Shown here: in pieces, positions 17,790-27,800 of the stretch
Position numbering within the stretch: position 1 is the stretch's first letter
How the letters are laid out: every line of letters starts with the position of its first letter
Assembly: GCA_963805625.1 (NCBI GenBank)
Contig: CAWDVE010000013.1
Span: 192,001 to 256,000 of the forward strand
Reading direction: 5' to 3'
Origin: an uncultured Candidatus Rokubacteria bacterium
GTDB lineage: Bacteria; Methylomirabilota; Methylomirabilia; Rokubacteriales; DASRDR01
DNA: 64,000 bases
Made by a program: the position numbers and the translations under genes
Notes under the pieces: model-generated
What the model was told of the DNA's origin: nothing
What the model saw: only the letters and a program-made list of their open reading frames with translations
The model's database searches: none

Positions 17790-19789
17790 CCGACGCGCTT
17801 CTGCTTCCGGGCGAGGTAGTCCACGAGGACGTACTCGCCCAGCCGATCCGGCTGGACGAAGAACGCGCGACCCCGGTTGATCCGCGACATCTCACTGACG
17901 AAGCGGACCAGCCCGGGGCTGTCCTCGAGCATGAACGTGTTGATCGTGACGCCCTCACGCGCGCAGCACACCACCTCGGCCTGGGTGAGCTGCCAGGTCC
18001 GCCGGGTGGTGGGGTAGTCGAAGTAGGCCTCGTTGCCCTCGAGGTGAGCGGTAGGCTCGCCGTCCGTGATCATGACCACCTGGCGGTTCCCGCCTCGATG
18101 ACGGCCGAGCAGTCGACGCGCGAGCTGGAGCGCGTGCTGCATGTTCGTGCCGTAGTGGCGGTCGGTGAGGACGACGGACGGCACGTCGTCGGGATCGAGC
18201 TCCCGCGCGTAGAGCGAGAACCCGATCACGTAGAGGGCATCCTGCGGGTACTGCGCTCGGATGAGGGCGTGGAGCGCCAGGGCGACCTTCTTCGCCGCGG
18301 TCCAGCATCCGCGGTAGATCATCGAGCGGCTCATGTCGAGGAGGAGCGCGGTGGCACACCGCGTCGACAGCTCCGTGCGGCGGACGGCGAAGTCGGCCGG
18401 TTCGAGGCGCAGCGGCAGGCCCGGGCCCTGTCGCCGCAGCGCGCTCCCGAGCGTCTCACGGAGGTCGAGCAGGAACGGGTCGCCGAACTCGTACACCTTG
18501 CTCTCGTCCGTCGGATCGCCGCCCGCCCCGCGCGCGTCAACGGGATGCCGACCCGGCCGGTCCCGCCTGAGCTGGCCGAGCACCTCGGCGAGCGCGCGCT
18601 GGGCGATCTTGCGGATCGCTTGCGGCGTCAGCACCCACTGGCGTCCTCGCTGCTCGAGATAGCCCGCGGCCTTGAGCGTCTCGGCGAGACGCCGGAGCGC
18701 CTCCGCTTCCTCGGCGGCCTGCTCGCCCAGCGCTTCTCGCACCGCCGCGGGATCGACCCGGTCGACGCGCCCCGTTCGGTCGGCGTCCTGGAGATCCTGC
18801 TCCAGCCGGTCGAGGCCGTGGAGCTCGCGCATCAGCCGCAGGGCCTCCTGGAGCGAGAGGGGCGTGTCGCCCTGCGTCCGGTACCGCCGCGCGCGCTGGC
18901 CAAGGCCGAGCCGGTCGAGGTGCTCGCCCAGCTCGGCGAGGGCTTCCTGCATCCCGGGGTCGTCGAGCATCGCCTGCTGGAGCGCCTCGAGCTCTCGCCG
19001 CTGCTCCGGCGTGAGGCTCTCGAGGAGCGACTGGAGCTGGGCGGACTGGCGCGCCAGCCGGTCCAGCAGCTGGTCGAAGCTCTGGACGCCGGGGAACATC
19101 TGGCCCCAGCGGTCCATGAACCCCTGGACGTCGGGCTGCCCGCCCGTGGCCTGCTGGCGGAGGAGGCGATTGAGGTCGCCCAGCATGTCCCGGAGACCCT
19201 CCGTCCCCTGGGAGCCGAGCCCCTGGAGCCCCTGCTTCAGCTGGCCGAACAGGCTCTGCGTCATCTCCTGGCGAAGCCGGAGCATCAGCTCCTGGAACTT
19301 CTGCCAGGCCTCCGGATCGACGAACTGGTAGTCCTGGAGCCCGCGAACGGCGCCGCCGAGATCCTCCGGCAGCGCGTCCAGCGCCGCGCGACGCTCGGCC
19401 GCGATGCGCTCGAGCTCCTGACGATGGGCCTCGGCCCCCGGCTCTTTGCCCTCGGCCGCCTGTCGCGCGGCGTCAACGCGCCGGTCGATCCCCTGCCGCT
19501 CCGTGTCGAGGACGTCTTGAAGCTGCTTGCGGAGATCGCCAAGGACATCGCCCAGGTCGTGACGGTCGAGGAGAGATTGGCGTTCCCGTCGAAGTCGCTC
19601 GAGGAGGTCGCGCAGGCCCGGCACCTGTTCCCCGTCACGCGTGCGGAAGCCCTGACGGAGGAGCTGCTCGAGCGCCCGCCGGAGATCCCCGTCGGCGACG
19701 AGGTCGTCCGCCATCGCCGCGAGGAGGTCGTCCGCGTCGAACTCCGGGAGCGACTGGGAGCCGTCCCAGCGGGAGTAGCGGCTCCTCAC
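17786..19789 (-). CDS. VWA domain protein (Rv0959-like partner of the AAA+ ATPase)
   Basis: Begins RYSRWDGSQ; MIDAS DMSRSM, GTNMQHAL, ITDGEPTAH. GTG 19789 overlaps the ATPase stop (GTGA). The N-terminal part of the 1009-aa ORF is shadow. Confidence 0.85.
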   Translation of the reverse strand: MRSRYSRWDGSQSLPEFDADDLLAAMADDLVADGDLRRALEQLLRQGFRTRDGEQVPGLRDLLERLRRERQSLLDRHDLGDVLGDLRKQLQDVLDTERQGIDRRVDAARQAAEGKEPGAEAHRQELERIAAERRAALDALPEDLGGAVRGLQDYQFVDPEAWQKFQELMLRLRQEMTQSLFGQLKQGLQGLGSQGTEGLRDMLGDLNRLLRQQATGGQPDVQGFMDRWGQMFPGVQSFDQLLDRLARQSAQLQSLLESLTPEQRRELEALQQAMLDDPGMQEALAELGEHLDRLGLGQRARRYRTQGDTPLSLQEALRLMRELHGLDRLEQDLQDADRTGRVDRVDPAAVREALGEQAAEEAEALRRLAETLKAAGYLEQRGRQWVLTPQAIRKIAQRALAEVLGQLRRDRPGRHPVDARGAGGDPTDESKVYEFGDPFLLDLRETLGSALRRQGPGLPLRLEPADFAVRRTELSTRCATALLLDMSRSMIYRGCWTAAKKVALALHALIRAQYPQDALYVIGFSLYARELDPDDVPSVVLTDRHYGTNMQHALQLARRLLGRHRGGNRQVVMITDGEPTAHLEGNEAYFDYPTTRRTWQLTQAEVVCCAREGVTINTFMLEDSPGLVRFVSEMSRINRGRAFFVQPDRLGEYVLVDYLARKQKRVG

Positions 19790-21180
19790 GCCTTGTACCG
19801 GGGCCCGCCGGGGCCGCGGTCCTTGTTGAGCTTCCGGTTCAGGTGCAGGCCCTCGAGCACGAACTCCACCGCGGCGGCGACGCGAGCGGGGTGGCCGGCG
19901 GCACCGAGCCGCGACATCGCAGCGCCGAAGCCGGCCGCCCGCCCGGCCTGGCGCTCGTAGTCGGCGGCGGGCATCGCCTCGCCCACTTCCCACGTGAGCC
20001 CGCGGCCGAAAGCCTCGAGCAGCTCGCCGAACATCGTGGCCTGGAAGTGCCGGTTGAAGACCGTGAGCACGGCCTTCTGGGCGAGCCGCTCGACCACTTT
20101 TGCCTCGTCCCCGTCCCCCGCCGTCTCGAGCTCGATCTTCCCGGCCGTCGACGCGAGCGTGGCGCCCAGGTCCGAGACCCTGGGCACGGCGAGCGGCTCG
20201 CGGAGCCGCACCGCCCGGCGAAGCGCGTTCGACACGAGGTTCTCGTAGTTGCAGATCGACACGCGGACGCTGACGCCGCTCCGCTGGCTGATCTCGGCGC
20301 TCCGCCGGGCGAGGTGCGTCAGCTCGGCGACGATCTCCTGCATGTACGCCGGAACCTCGACCTGGTAGCCTTCGGGGGCGAAGCGCGTGGCCTCCTGCTC
20401 CACGATGCCGATCTCGTGGGCGAGCGTCCGCGGGTAGTGGGTACGCACCTGCGAGCCGAAGCGGTCCTTGAGCGGGGTAATGATGCGCCCGCGATTCGTG
20501 TAATCCTCCGGATTCGCCGAGGCGACGACGAGAAGATCGAGCGGCAGGCGCACCAGGTAGCCCCGGATCTGGACGTCCCGCTCCTCCATGATGTTGAGGA
20601 GCCCCACCTGGATGCGCTCGGCGAGGTCGGGGAGCTCGTTGAGGACGAAGATGCCGCGGTGCGTCCGCGGGAGCAGTCCGTAGTGGATCGTCAGCTCGTC
20701 GGCGAGGTACCGGCCCTCGGCGACCTTGATCGGATCCACCTCGCCGATCAGGTCGGCGATCGTGATGTCGGGCGTGGCGAGCTTCTCTCCGTACCGGCGC
20801 TCCCGGGGCAGCCACTCGACGGGGGCGCGGTCGCCCAGCTCGGCGACGAGCTCGCGCCCGGCCTTGCTGATGGGCTGGAGCGGATCGTCGTTGACCTCGC
20901 TGCCGGCGAGCGCCGGGACGGCCTCGTCGAGGAGCGACACGAGCGACCGGGCCAGGCGGCTCTTCGCCTGGCCTCGCTCCCCGAGCAGGATCAGGTCCTG
21001 GCCGGACAGGAGCGCGTTCTCGACCGGGGGAAGGACGGTCTCGTCGAAGCCGACGATGCCGGGAAAGATACGCTCGCCGCGCTCGAGCTTCCGGATGAGG
21101 TTCTGACGGATCTCGGTCTTGACGGAGCGCGGCGCGTAGCCTGTCTGCCGAAGCTCGCCGACGGTTCTCGGCTTCGTCAT
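19786..21180 (-). CDS. Mg-chelatase-subunit-I/MoxR-like AAA+ ATPase (Rv0958-like)
   Basis: GERGQAKS, EKLATPD, NELPDLAERIQV, SANPEDYTNRGRIITPLKDRFG. Confidence 0.9.
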   Translation of the reverse strand: MTKPRTVGELRQTGYAPRSVKTEIRQNLIRKLERGERIFPGIVGFDETVLPPVENALLSGQDLILLGERGQAKSRLARSLVSLLDEAVPALAGSEVNDDPLQPISKAGRELVAELGDRAPVEWLPRERRYGEKLATPDITIADLIGEVDPIKVAEGRYLADELTIHYGLLPRTHRGIFVLNELPDLAERIQVGLLNIMEERDVQIRGYLVRLPLDLLVVASANPEDYTNRGRIITPLKDRFGSQVRTHYPRTLAHEIGIVEQEATRFAPEGYQVEVPAYMQEIVAELTHLARRSAEISQRSGVSVRVSICNYENLVSNALRRAVRLREPLAVPRVSDLGATLASTAGKIELETAGDGDEAKVVERLAQKAVLTVFNRHFQATMFGELLEAFGRGLTWEVGEAMPAADYERQAGRAAGFGAAMSRLGAAGHPARVAAAVEFVLEGLHLNRKLNKDRGPGGPRYKA

Positions 21181-21192
21181 GCCCGCGGTCTC

Positions 21193-21221
21193 ACTATGCG
21201 GCGCGGGAGGGCTCGTGTCAA
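21193..21221 (-). promoter_or_regulatory. Candidate sigma70 promoter of the AAA+/VWA operon (very short leader)
   Basis: TTGACA-N17-CATAGT ending 12 nt upstream of ATG 21180; no SD. Confidence 0.5.
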
Positions 21222-21311
21222 ACGAACGCGCCCGGTCCCTTTCCCGGCGCGCGAGGCCAATGCTACACTGCCCGTCATCGAGCCACCCGAAGCGCGGTAG
21301 GAGGTGCCACT

Positions 21312-22904
21312 GTGACCACTCGCCTGACCCGTATCCTCGTCGCTTCGCTCGCCCTGATGTGGCCGGGCTTCGCCTTGGCCCAGGGCAAGGACGTCACCCT
21401 CACCTATCTCGAGGGGCAGGTCGTCACGACGATCGACCCCGCCAAGCACACCGACGAGAGCTCCCATCACGCGATCATCAACATGTACGATCCCCTGCTC
21501 TACCCGAAGGTCGCTGAGGGGTCGATGGAGCCCGGCCCGCACGTCGCCGAGTCCTGGCGGGTGACCGACGGCGCCAAGACCTATACCTTCCAGATCCGGA
21601 AGGGCATCCGCTTCCACGACGGCAGGGAGCTGAACGCCGACGACGTAGTCTTCTCCTTCCAGCGGATGGTCGCCCTGAAGAAAGGCTTCTCGTGGCTCTG
21701 GAACGGCGTCCTGACCTCCGAGCAGGTGCGCGCGGTCGGCCCGCAGACGGTGGTCTTCACCCTGAGCCAGCCGTACGCGCCGTTCCTGTCGACGCTGACC
21801 CAGCTTTTCGTCGTCAACCGGGACCAAGTGCTGGCCAACAAGAAGCCGGGGCCGTATGGCGACGCCGGAGACTACGGCGAGGCGTACCTCGGGGACAACG
21901 TGGCGGGCTCGGGCCCCTACACGAAGGAGTCGTGGGACCGGGCAACCACGCTCGTCATGAAGGCCTTTCCGGGCTACTGGCGGGGGTGGAAGCCGAACCA
22001 GATCACCCGCGTGATCTACCGCACCGTGCAGGAGGAGGCGACCATGCGGACGCTCCTCCTCGGCGGGCAGGCCGACATGATCGATCAGTGGCGCACGCCC
22101 ACCACCTTCGAACAGCTCAAGAAGACCCCGGGCATCGTGGTGGACGAGACGCCGAGCGCTCAGCTCTATCACATCGAGCTGAACACCCAGCGGGCACCGC
22201 TGTCGGATGTTCGCGTTCGCAAGGCGCTCGCCCTCGCGTTCGACTACAAGACGGCCATCGACCAGGTGTTCAAGGGTGCGCTACTGGCGCGGGGCCCTCT
22301 GCCGAACCGGGTCTACGGCCACAGTGAGAAGGTTCAGGCCTACGCGCAGAACATCGAGCAGGCCAAGCGTGAGCTGGCGGATGCGGGGGTCAAGCCCGGT
22401 CAGCTCGCCTTCGATTACTGGTTCCCGACGGGGAACGAGCTCGGTCGGCAGATCGGGCTCCTTGCCCAGGCGAACTTCGCGGCTATCGGCGTCAAGCTAA
22501 CCCTCAAGGAGACGCCGTGGGCGCAGATGGTCCAGGCGGCGGCCACTGCCGAGACCAACCCCGATGTGGCCTCGATCTTCGACACGCTCAAGTATCCGCA
22601 CCCCGACAGCCACACCTACGGGATGTACCACCCTAGCGCATGGGGAAGCTTCCGGACGATCAGCCGTTACAAGAACGACGAGGTCACCCGGGTGCTGGAG
22701 CAAGCGCGCGCGACCGTCGAGCGCGATGCACAGCTCGCGCTCTACAAACGGAGCCAGGAGCTGGTCGTCCAGGACTACCCGAGCATCTACGTGGCCAATC
22801 CGCTCCACCGCATCGCGTTCCGCGACTACGTCAAGGGCTATCGCTACGTCGGTCTCCTCGGCTACGACGTGGCGTTCTACGACTTCACCATCGAGAAGAA
22901 GTAG
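21312..22904 (+). CDS. Peptide/nickel ABC transporter substrate-binding protein (family 5)
   Basis: Signal peptide ending ALA-Q, TYTFQIRKGIRFHDG, GSGPY, RVRKAL; SD AGGAGG; extended -10 TGCTACACT at 21261. Confidence 0.92.
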   Translation: MTTRLTRILVASLALMWPGFALAQGKDVTLTYLEGQVVTTIDPAKHTDESSHHAIINMYDPLLYPKVAEGSMEPGPHVAESWRVTDGAKTYTFQIRKGIRFHDGRELNADDVVFSFQRMVALKKGFSWLWNGVLTSEQVRAVGPQTVVFTLSQPYAPFLSTLTQLFVVNRDQVLANKKPGPYGDAGDYGEAYLGDNVAGSGPYTKESWDRATTLVMKAFPGYWRGWKPNQITRVIYRTVQEEATMRTLLLGGQADMIDQWRTPTTFEQLKKTPGIVVDETPSAQLYHIELNTQRAPLSDVRVRKALALAFDYKTAIDQVFKGALLARGPLPNRVYGHSEKVQAYAQNIEQAKRELADAGVKPGQLAFDYWFPTGNELGRQIGLLAQANFAAIGVKLTLKETPWAQMVQAAATAETNPDVASIFDTLKYPHPDSHTYGMYHPSAWGSFRTISRYKNDEVTRVLEQARATVERDAQLALYKRSQELVVQDYPSIYVANPLHRIAFRDYVKGYRYVGLLGYDVAFYDFTIEKK

Positions 22905-22913
22905 CGCCCCCGC

Positions 22914-22942
22914 CCGGGGGCGGCGACGACCGCCGCCCCCGG
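22914..22942 (+). other. Perfect 12-bp hairpin after the SBP gene (mRNA stabiliser/partial terminator)
   Basis: CCGGGGGCGGCG-ACGAC-CGCCGCCCCCGG with no U-tract. Confidence 0.6.
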
Positions 22943-22948
22943 CTCCCC

Positions 22949-23947
22949 ATGCACGAATTCCTCATTCGCCGGCTCGCCCAGGTCGTTCCCACCATCCTGG
23001 GACTCCTGGTCCTGATCTTCGTGGTATCCCGGGTGATCCCCGGCGACCCCGTCCGGCTCACCCTCGGCCCCGAAGCCACGAAGGAGCAGATCGCAGCCTA
23101 CCAGGAGAAGCTCGGCCTCGATCGTTCGCTGCCCGCACAGTTCGGGTACTACGTGGCCGGGCTCCTCCGCGGGGACCTCGGCGAGTCCATCCGCACCTAC
23201 CGGGACGTCCGCCTGGATATCCGGGATTTCCTGCCGGCGACCGTCGAGCTGGTGACAGCCGCGCTCCTGGTCGCGGTGTGCCTCGGTGTGCCCTTCGGGA
23301 TCCTGTCGGCGGTGTATCCGAACACGTGGGTGGACAACCTGAGCCGGCTGGTGGCGGTGCCCGGCGTGGCCCTGCCCCGTTTTTGGGTCGGCATCCTCCT
23401 GCAGGTGGGGCTCGCCTACCAACTCGGTCTCTTCCCGATCGTGGGCCGAGCATCGCGCGCGCCCCTGTCGATCAGCGGGCTCTACCTGCTCGACGCGGTG
23501 CTGACCGGTGACGGTGTTGCCTTTCTCGACGCAGCCTGGCACCTGGCCCTCCCCACCCTGACGCTCGCCCTACCGACACTGGCTCAGGTCGCGCGCCTCA
23601 CTCGCGCCGCGATGATCGACGTGCTGCGGCGGCCCTTCATGCTCGTCCATGCCGCTTACGGTGTGCCCCCACGCCGCCTCGTATGGCGCTACGGTCTGCG
23701 GAACGGCCTGACATCAATCCTGACCCTCGTGGGGATGACCTATGGGGCGCTGATCGAGAACGCCTTCCTCGTCGAGGTGGTGTTCTCGTGGCCCGGGCTC
23801 TCCGCGTATGGCGCAGCCGCGGTCCTCGCCAAGGACTTCAACGCGGTGGTGGGCGTCACCCTCGTGGTCGGGCTCTCGTTCGTCCTCGCCAATGTGCTGG
23901 TGGACCTCCTGTACGGCTATGTCGATCCCCGCATCCGCTACAACTGA
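22949..23947 (+). CDS. Peptide ABC transporter permease (DppB-like)
   Basis: MHEFLIRRL, PGDPV, GDLGES, PATVEL, VEVVFSWPG, DPRIRY. Confidence 0.92.
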   Translation: MHEFLIRRLAQVVPTILGLLVLIFVVSRVIPGDPVRLTLGPEATKEQIAAYQEKLGLDRSLPAQFGYYVAGLLRGDLGESIRTYRDVRLDIRDFLPATVELVTAALLVAVCLGVPFGILSAVYPNTWVDNLSRLVAVPGVALPRFWVGILLQVGLAYQLGLFPIVGRASRAPLSISGLYLLDAVLTGDGVAFLDAAWHLALPTLTLALPTLAQVARLTRAAMIDVLRRPFMLVHAAYGVPPRRLVWRYGLRNGLTSILTLVGMTYGALIENAFLVEVVFSWPGLSAYGAAAVLAKDFNAVVGVTLVVGLSFVLANVLVDLLYGYVDPRIRYN

Positions 23948-24824
23948 CCTGCCCGGAGTCCTCGCCGACGCCCGGTCGCGGCGGCCGGCCCGGTGGGTCC
24001 GTCGGCTGCTTCGCAATCCCCTGTCGGCGGCTGGGGCGTCGATCGTCCTCCTCCTCGTGGGCTGCGCGCTCGTGCCAGGGCTCCTTGCGCCCTTCCCGGA
24101 GGATGCGGGGCCAAGCGTCCACTTCGATCGGGCCTCTTGGCCTCCCGACGCTGTCCACTGGTTCGGGACCGACGAGGTGGGCCGTGACATCTTCAGCCGC
24201 ACCGTGTACGGAGCCCGAATCTCCCTCGCCCTCGTCGCGGTGGTGCTCGGAATCGCGCTGGGCGTCGGAGTGCCCCTCGGCTTGATTGCCGGCTACTGGA
24301 ATGGGCGCTGGCCGAGCGCGGGAATCATGCGCGTGACCGATGTCTTCCTTTCCGTACCGCCCCTCGCCCTCGCCCTCGCGGTGACCGCCGCGTTCCGCCC
24401 GGACCTCGGGAGCGCGATGGTGGCCATCTCGTTCACGTGGTGGCCGTGGTTCACCCGGCTCGTCTACGGCGAGGTCCTGTCTCGGCGGGAGGAGCCATAT
24501 GTCGAGGCCGCCCGGGCTCTCGGACAGCACGACGGCGTGATCCTGATCCGTGAGATCCTGCCCAATGTGGTCTCCCCTGTGGTGGTCAAGGCCACGCTCG
24601 ACGTGTCCTTCGTGATCCTGCTAGGCTCGGGTCTCGCCTTCCTGGGGGTGGGTGCCCAGGAACCCACCCCGGACTGGGGGGCCATGGTGGCACGCGGTCG
24701 CACGTTCCTGCCCGCCCACTGGTGGATGTCCACCATGCCGGGGCTGGCAATTTTTGTGGCGGTGATGGGGTTCAATCTACTCGGGGACGCGCTCCGCGAC
24801 GCCCTCGATGTCTGGGACCGGTGA
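23919..24824 (+). CDS. Peptide ABC transporter permease (DppC-like)
   Basis: HWFGTDEVGRDIFSR, YVEAARALG, EILPN, PDWGAM. Start uncertain. Confidence 0.9.
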   Translation: MSIPASATTDLPGVLADARSRRPARWVRRLLRNPLSAAGASIVLLLVGCALVPGLLAPFPEDAGPSVHFDRASWPPDAVHWFGTDEVGRDIFSRTVYGARISLALVAVVLGIALGVGVPLGLIAGYWNGRWPSAGIMRVTDVFLSVPPLALALAVTAAFRPDLGSAMVAISFTWWPWFTRLVYGEVLSRREEPYVEAARALGQHDGVILIREILPNVVSPVVVKATLDVSFVILLGSGLAFLGVGAQEPTPDWGAMVARGRTFLPAHWWMSTMPGLAIFVAVMGFNLLGDALRDALDVWDR

Positions 24825-24861
24825 GAGCGCGCGACGGCCTCTGCCGGTCGGAGAGGGATCG

Positions 24862-27800
24862 ATGACTCGGTCACGTGACCGCTACCGTGTGGGTGTCGAC
24901 ATCGGTGGGACCTTCACGGATTTCGTCCTCGTGGACGGGGAAACCGGGCGCGTGCGCCTCCACAAGTGCCTCACCACACCCAAGGACCCCTCGGCAGGCG
25001 CCCTCGAAGGCCTGGAAGAGCTCCTCCGGGCGGCCGGCCTCGGGTTCGTCGAGGTCGGTGCCCTGGTCCACGGCACCACCCTAGTGACCAACGCGATCAT
25101 CGAGCGGAACGGGAGCCCGCTCGGTCTCCTGACGACGCGTGGGTTCAGGGACGTCCTCGAGATGGGAACCGAGCAGCGCTATGACATCTACGATCTGTTC
25201 CTGCGCTTCCCGGAACCGCTCGTCGGGCGGGCCCTCCGCCGGGAGGTCGACGAGCGTCTGGACCGCGACGGGCGCGTGGTCGTGCCGCTCGACCAGGAGC
25301 AGGCCCGCCGCGAGGTCGCCGACCTCGTCGAGGCCGGGATTGAGGCCCTCGCCGTCTGCTTCCTCCACGCCTACCGCAACCCGGCCCACGAGCGCGCCGT
25401 GGCCGACATGGTCCGGCGCGAGTTCCCCGGCTTGGCCGTGTCGCTCTCCTCCGAGGTCGTCCCCGAGCTCCGGGAATACGAGCGGAGCGCGACCACCGCG
25501 GCCAACGCCTACGTGCAGCCCCTCATGGCCCGGTACGTCGCCAAGCTCGAAGCCGCCCTCGCCGAGCGCGGCTTCGCCGGGCGCTTCTACCTGATCCAGT
25601 CCGCGGGCGGCATGACGCCGCCCGCAACCGCGCGGCGGTTCCCGATCCGCCTCCTCGAGTCAGGGCCGGCCGGCGGCGCGCTGGTCGCCGCCTTCTTCGG
25701 GCGGCAGGTCGGCCACCCAGACGTTCTCGCCTTCGACATGGGCGGGACCACCGCCAAAGCCTGCCTCGTCCAGGACGGCCGGCCCGACGTCGCGCCGGCC
25801 ATGGAGGCCGCGCGTGTGCACCGGTTCAAGCGGGGCAGCGGCCTCCCCATCAAGGCGCCCGTGATCGATATGATCGAGATCGGGGCGGGTGGCGGGTCGA
25901 TCGCCCACGTCGACGCCCTAGGCCTCCTCAAGGTCGGTCCGCGGAGCGCGGGAGCCGACCCGGGGCCGGCCTGCTACGGGCTCGGAGGGAAAGAGCCGAC
26001 GGTAACCGACGCAAACCTTCTGCTCGGCTACCTGGACCCGGGGTTCTTCCTCGGTGGGCGCATGCGGCTCGATCGGCCGGCGGCAGAAGGAGCGGTGGCG
26101 GCGCTCGCCGGAGAGCTCGGCCTCGATCGGATGGGCGCCGCGTGGGGCATCTACGAGATCGTGTGCGAGAACATGGCGGCCGCCGCGCGGGTGCACATCG
26201 TGGAGAAGGGCCGCGACCCGCGCCGGTACGCGATGGTGGCCTTCGGAGGCGCAGGGCCGGCGCACGCGGCGCGCGTGGCCCGCATCCTGGGCATCGGGGA
26301 AGTCATCGTGCCGCCCGCCTCGGGCGCCGCCGCGGCCCTCGGCTTCCTGGTCGCGCCGATCAGCTTCGAGTTCGTCACCTCGCTCCCGGGGGTGCTCGGC
26401 GAGCTGGACCTCACGGCGGTCAATCGCCTCCTCGGCGACCTGGAGGCGCAGGGGCGCGCCCTTCTCACGGAGGCCGGCGTGCCAGCGACCGACGTCACCG
26501 TCACGCGGCGTGCGGAGATGCGCCTTCTCGGGCAGGTCCACGACATCGCGGTGGCGCTTCCGGCGGGTCCGCTTCGGCATGATGACCTCCCCGCGATCGA
26601 GGCCGCCTTCGTCGCCGAGTACGGGCGGCTCTACACCCACGTCTACACGGGCACCGTCATCCAGGCGATCAACTGGCGCGTCCTCAGCGCCGGGCCGGCT
26701 CCCACCGTCCACGTCGGCGGTCAGGACGGCGTGATGGCGGGTGCCACCGCACGGAAGGGCGACCGCCCTGCCTACTTCCCGGAAGCCGGAGGCTTCGTCT
26801 CCACACCGGTATACGACCGGTACGCGCTGGCCCCGGGTGAGATCCTCCTCGGCCCCGTCATCGTCGAGGAGCGCGAGTCCACGACGGTGGTGCCGCCGGG
26901 CGACCGGCTCGAGGTGGACCCGCGCGGAAACCTCCGGATCCGTGTCGCCCGCACCACCTCGCTCGAGCCCGTCGTACCGGCGGGCCTCGACCTCATCCAG
27001 GCGATCGCGCGGATCGAGGCCGACCCGGTCGGGCTCGAGATCATGTGGAGCCGGCTCATCAACATCGTCGAGGAGTGCTGGCTGACCGTCTGGCGAACAG
27101 CCTTCTCCCTCATCATCGGCGAGGCGCAGGACTTCGCCTGCGAGCTGCTGGACCCTCGGGGCAACTCGCTCGCCCACTCGCCACGGGCGATGCCCGTTTT
27201 CAACCTGACCCTCCCCCGCGCCGTGCGCGCCATCCTGGAGCGGTTCCCGGCCGAGACGCTCGCCCCCGGCGACGTCCTGATCACCAACGATCCGTGGATC
27301 TGCGCCGGGCACCTGTTCGACGTCGCCATCGTGACGCCCGTGTTCCGGGACGGCCGGGTGGTCGCCATTCTCGGGACGATCGGCCATGTGACGGACATCG
27401 GGGGCACCCGGGACAGCCTGAGCGCGCGCGAGATCTACGAGGAGGGGTTCCAGATCCCGCCGATGAAGCTCTACCGGGCCGGAGAGCCGAACGAGGATCT
27501 CTTCCGGCTTCTGGCCGAGAACGTCCGCAAGAGCGAGCAGGTCCTCGGGGACCTCCACGCGCTGATCTCCGCCAACGCCACCGGGGCCCAGCGACTCCTG
27601 GCCTTCATGGAGGAGTACGGACTGGAGGATCTCGAAGCGCTGGCGACCGTGATCCAGGACCGCTCCGAACGCGCGATCCGCGAGGCCATTCGCCGGGTGC
27701 CGGATGGCACCTACCGGAGCGAGATCTGGAACGACGGGCTCGGCACGCCGCTCCGCTATCCCATCACGGTGACGGTAAGGGGCGAGACGATCGACGTCGA

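Noticed and set aside
17786-21180. Magnesium chelatase/photosynthesis genes and the 1009-aa ORF as one protein
   Set aside because: The motifs match the Rv0958/Rv0959-type AAA+/VWA pair and no chlH/bch genes are present. The first 342 codons of the long ORF are an off-frame shadow of the ATPase.
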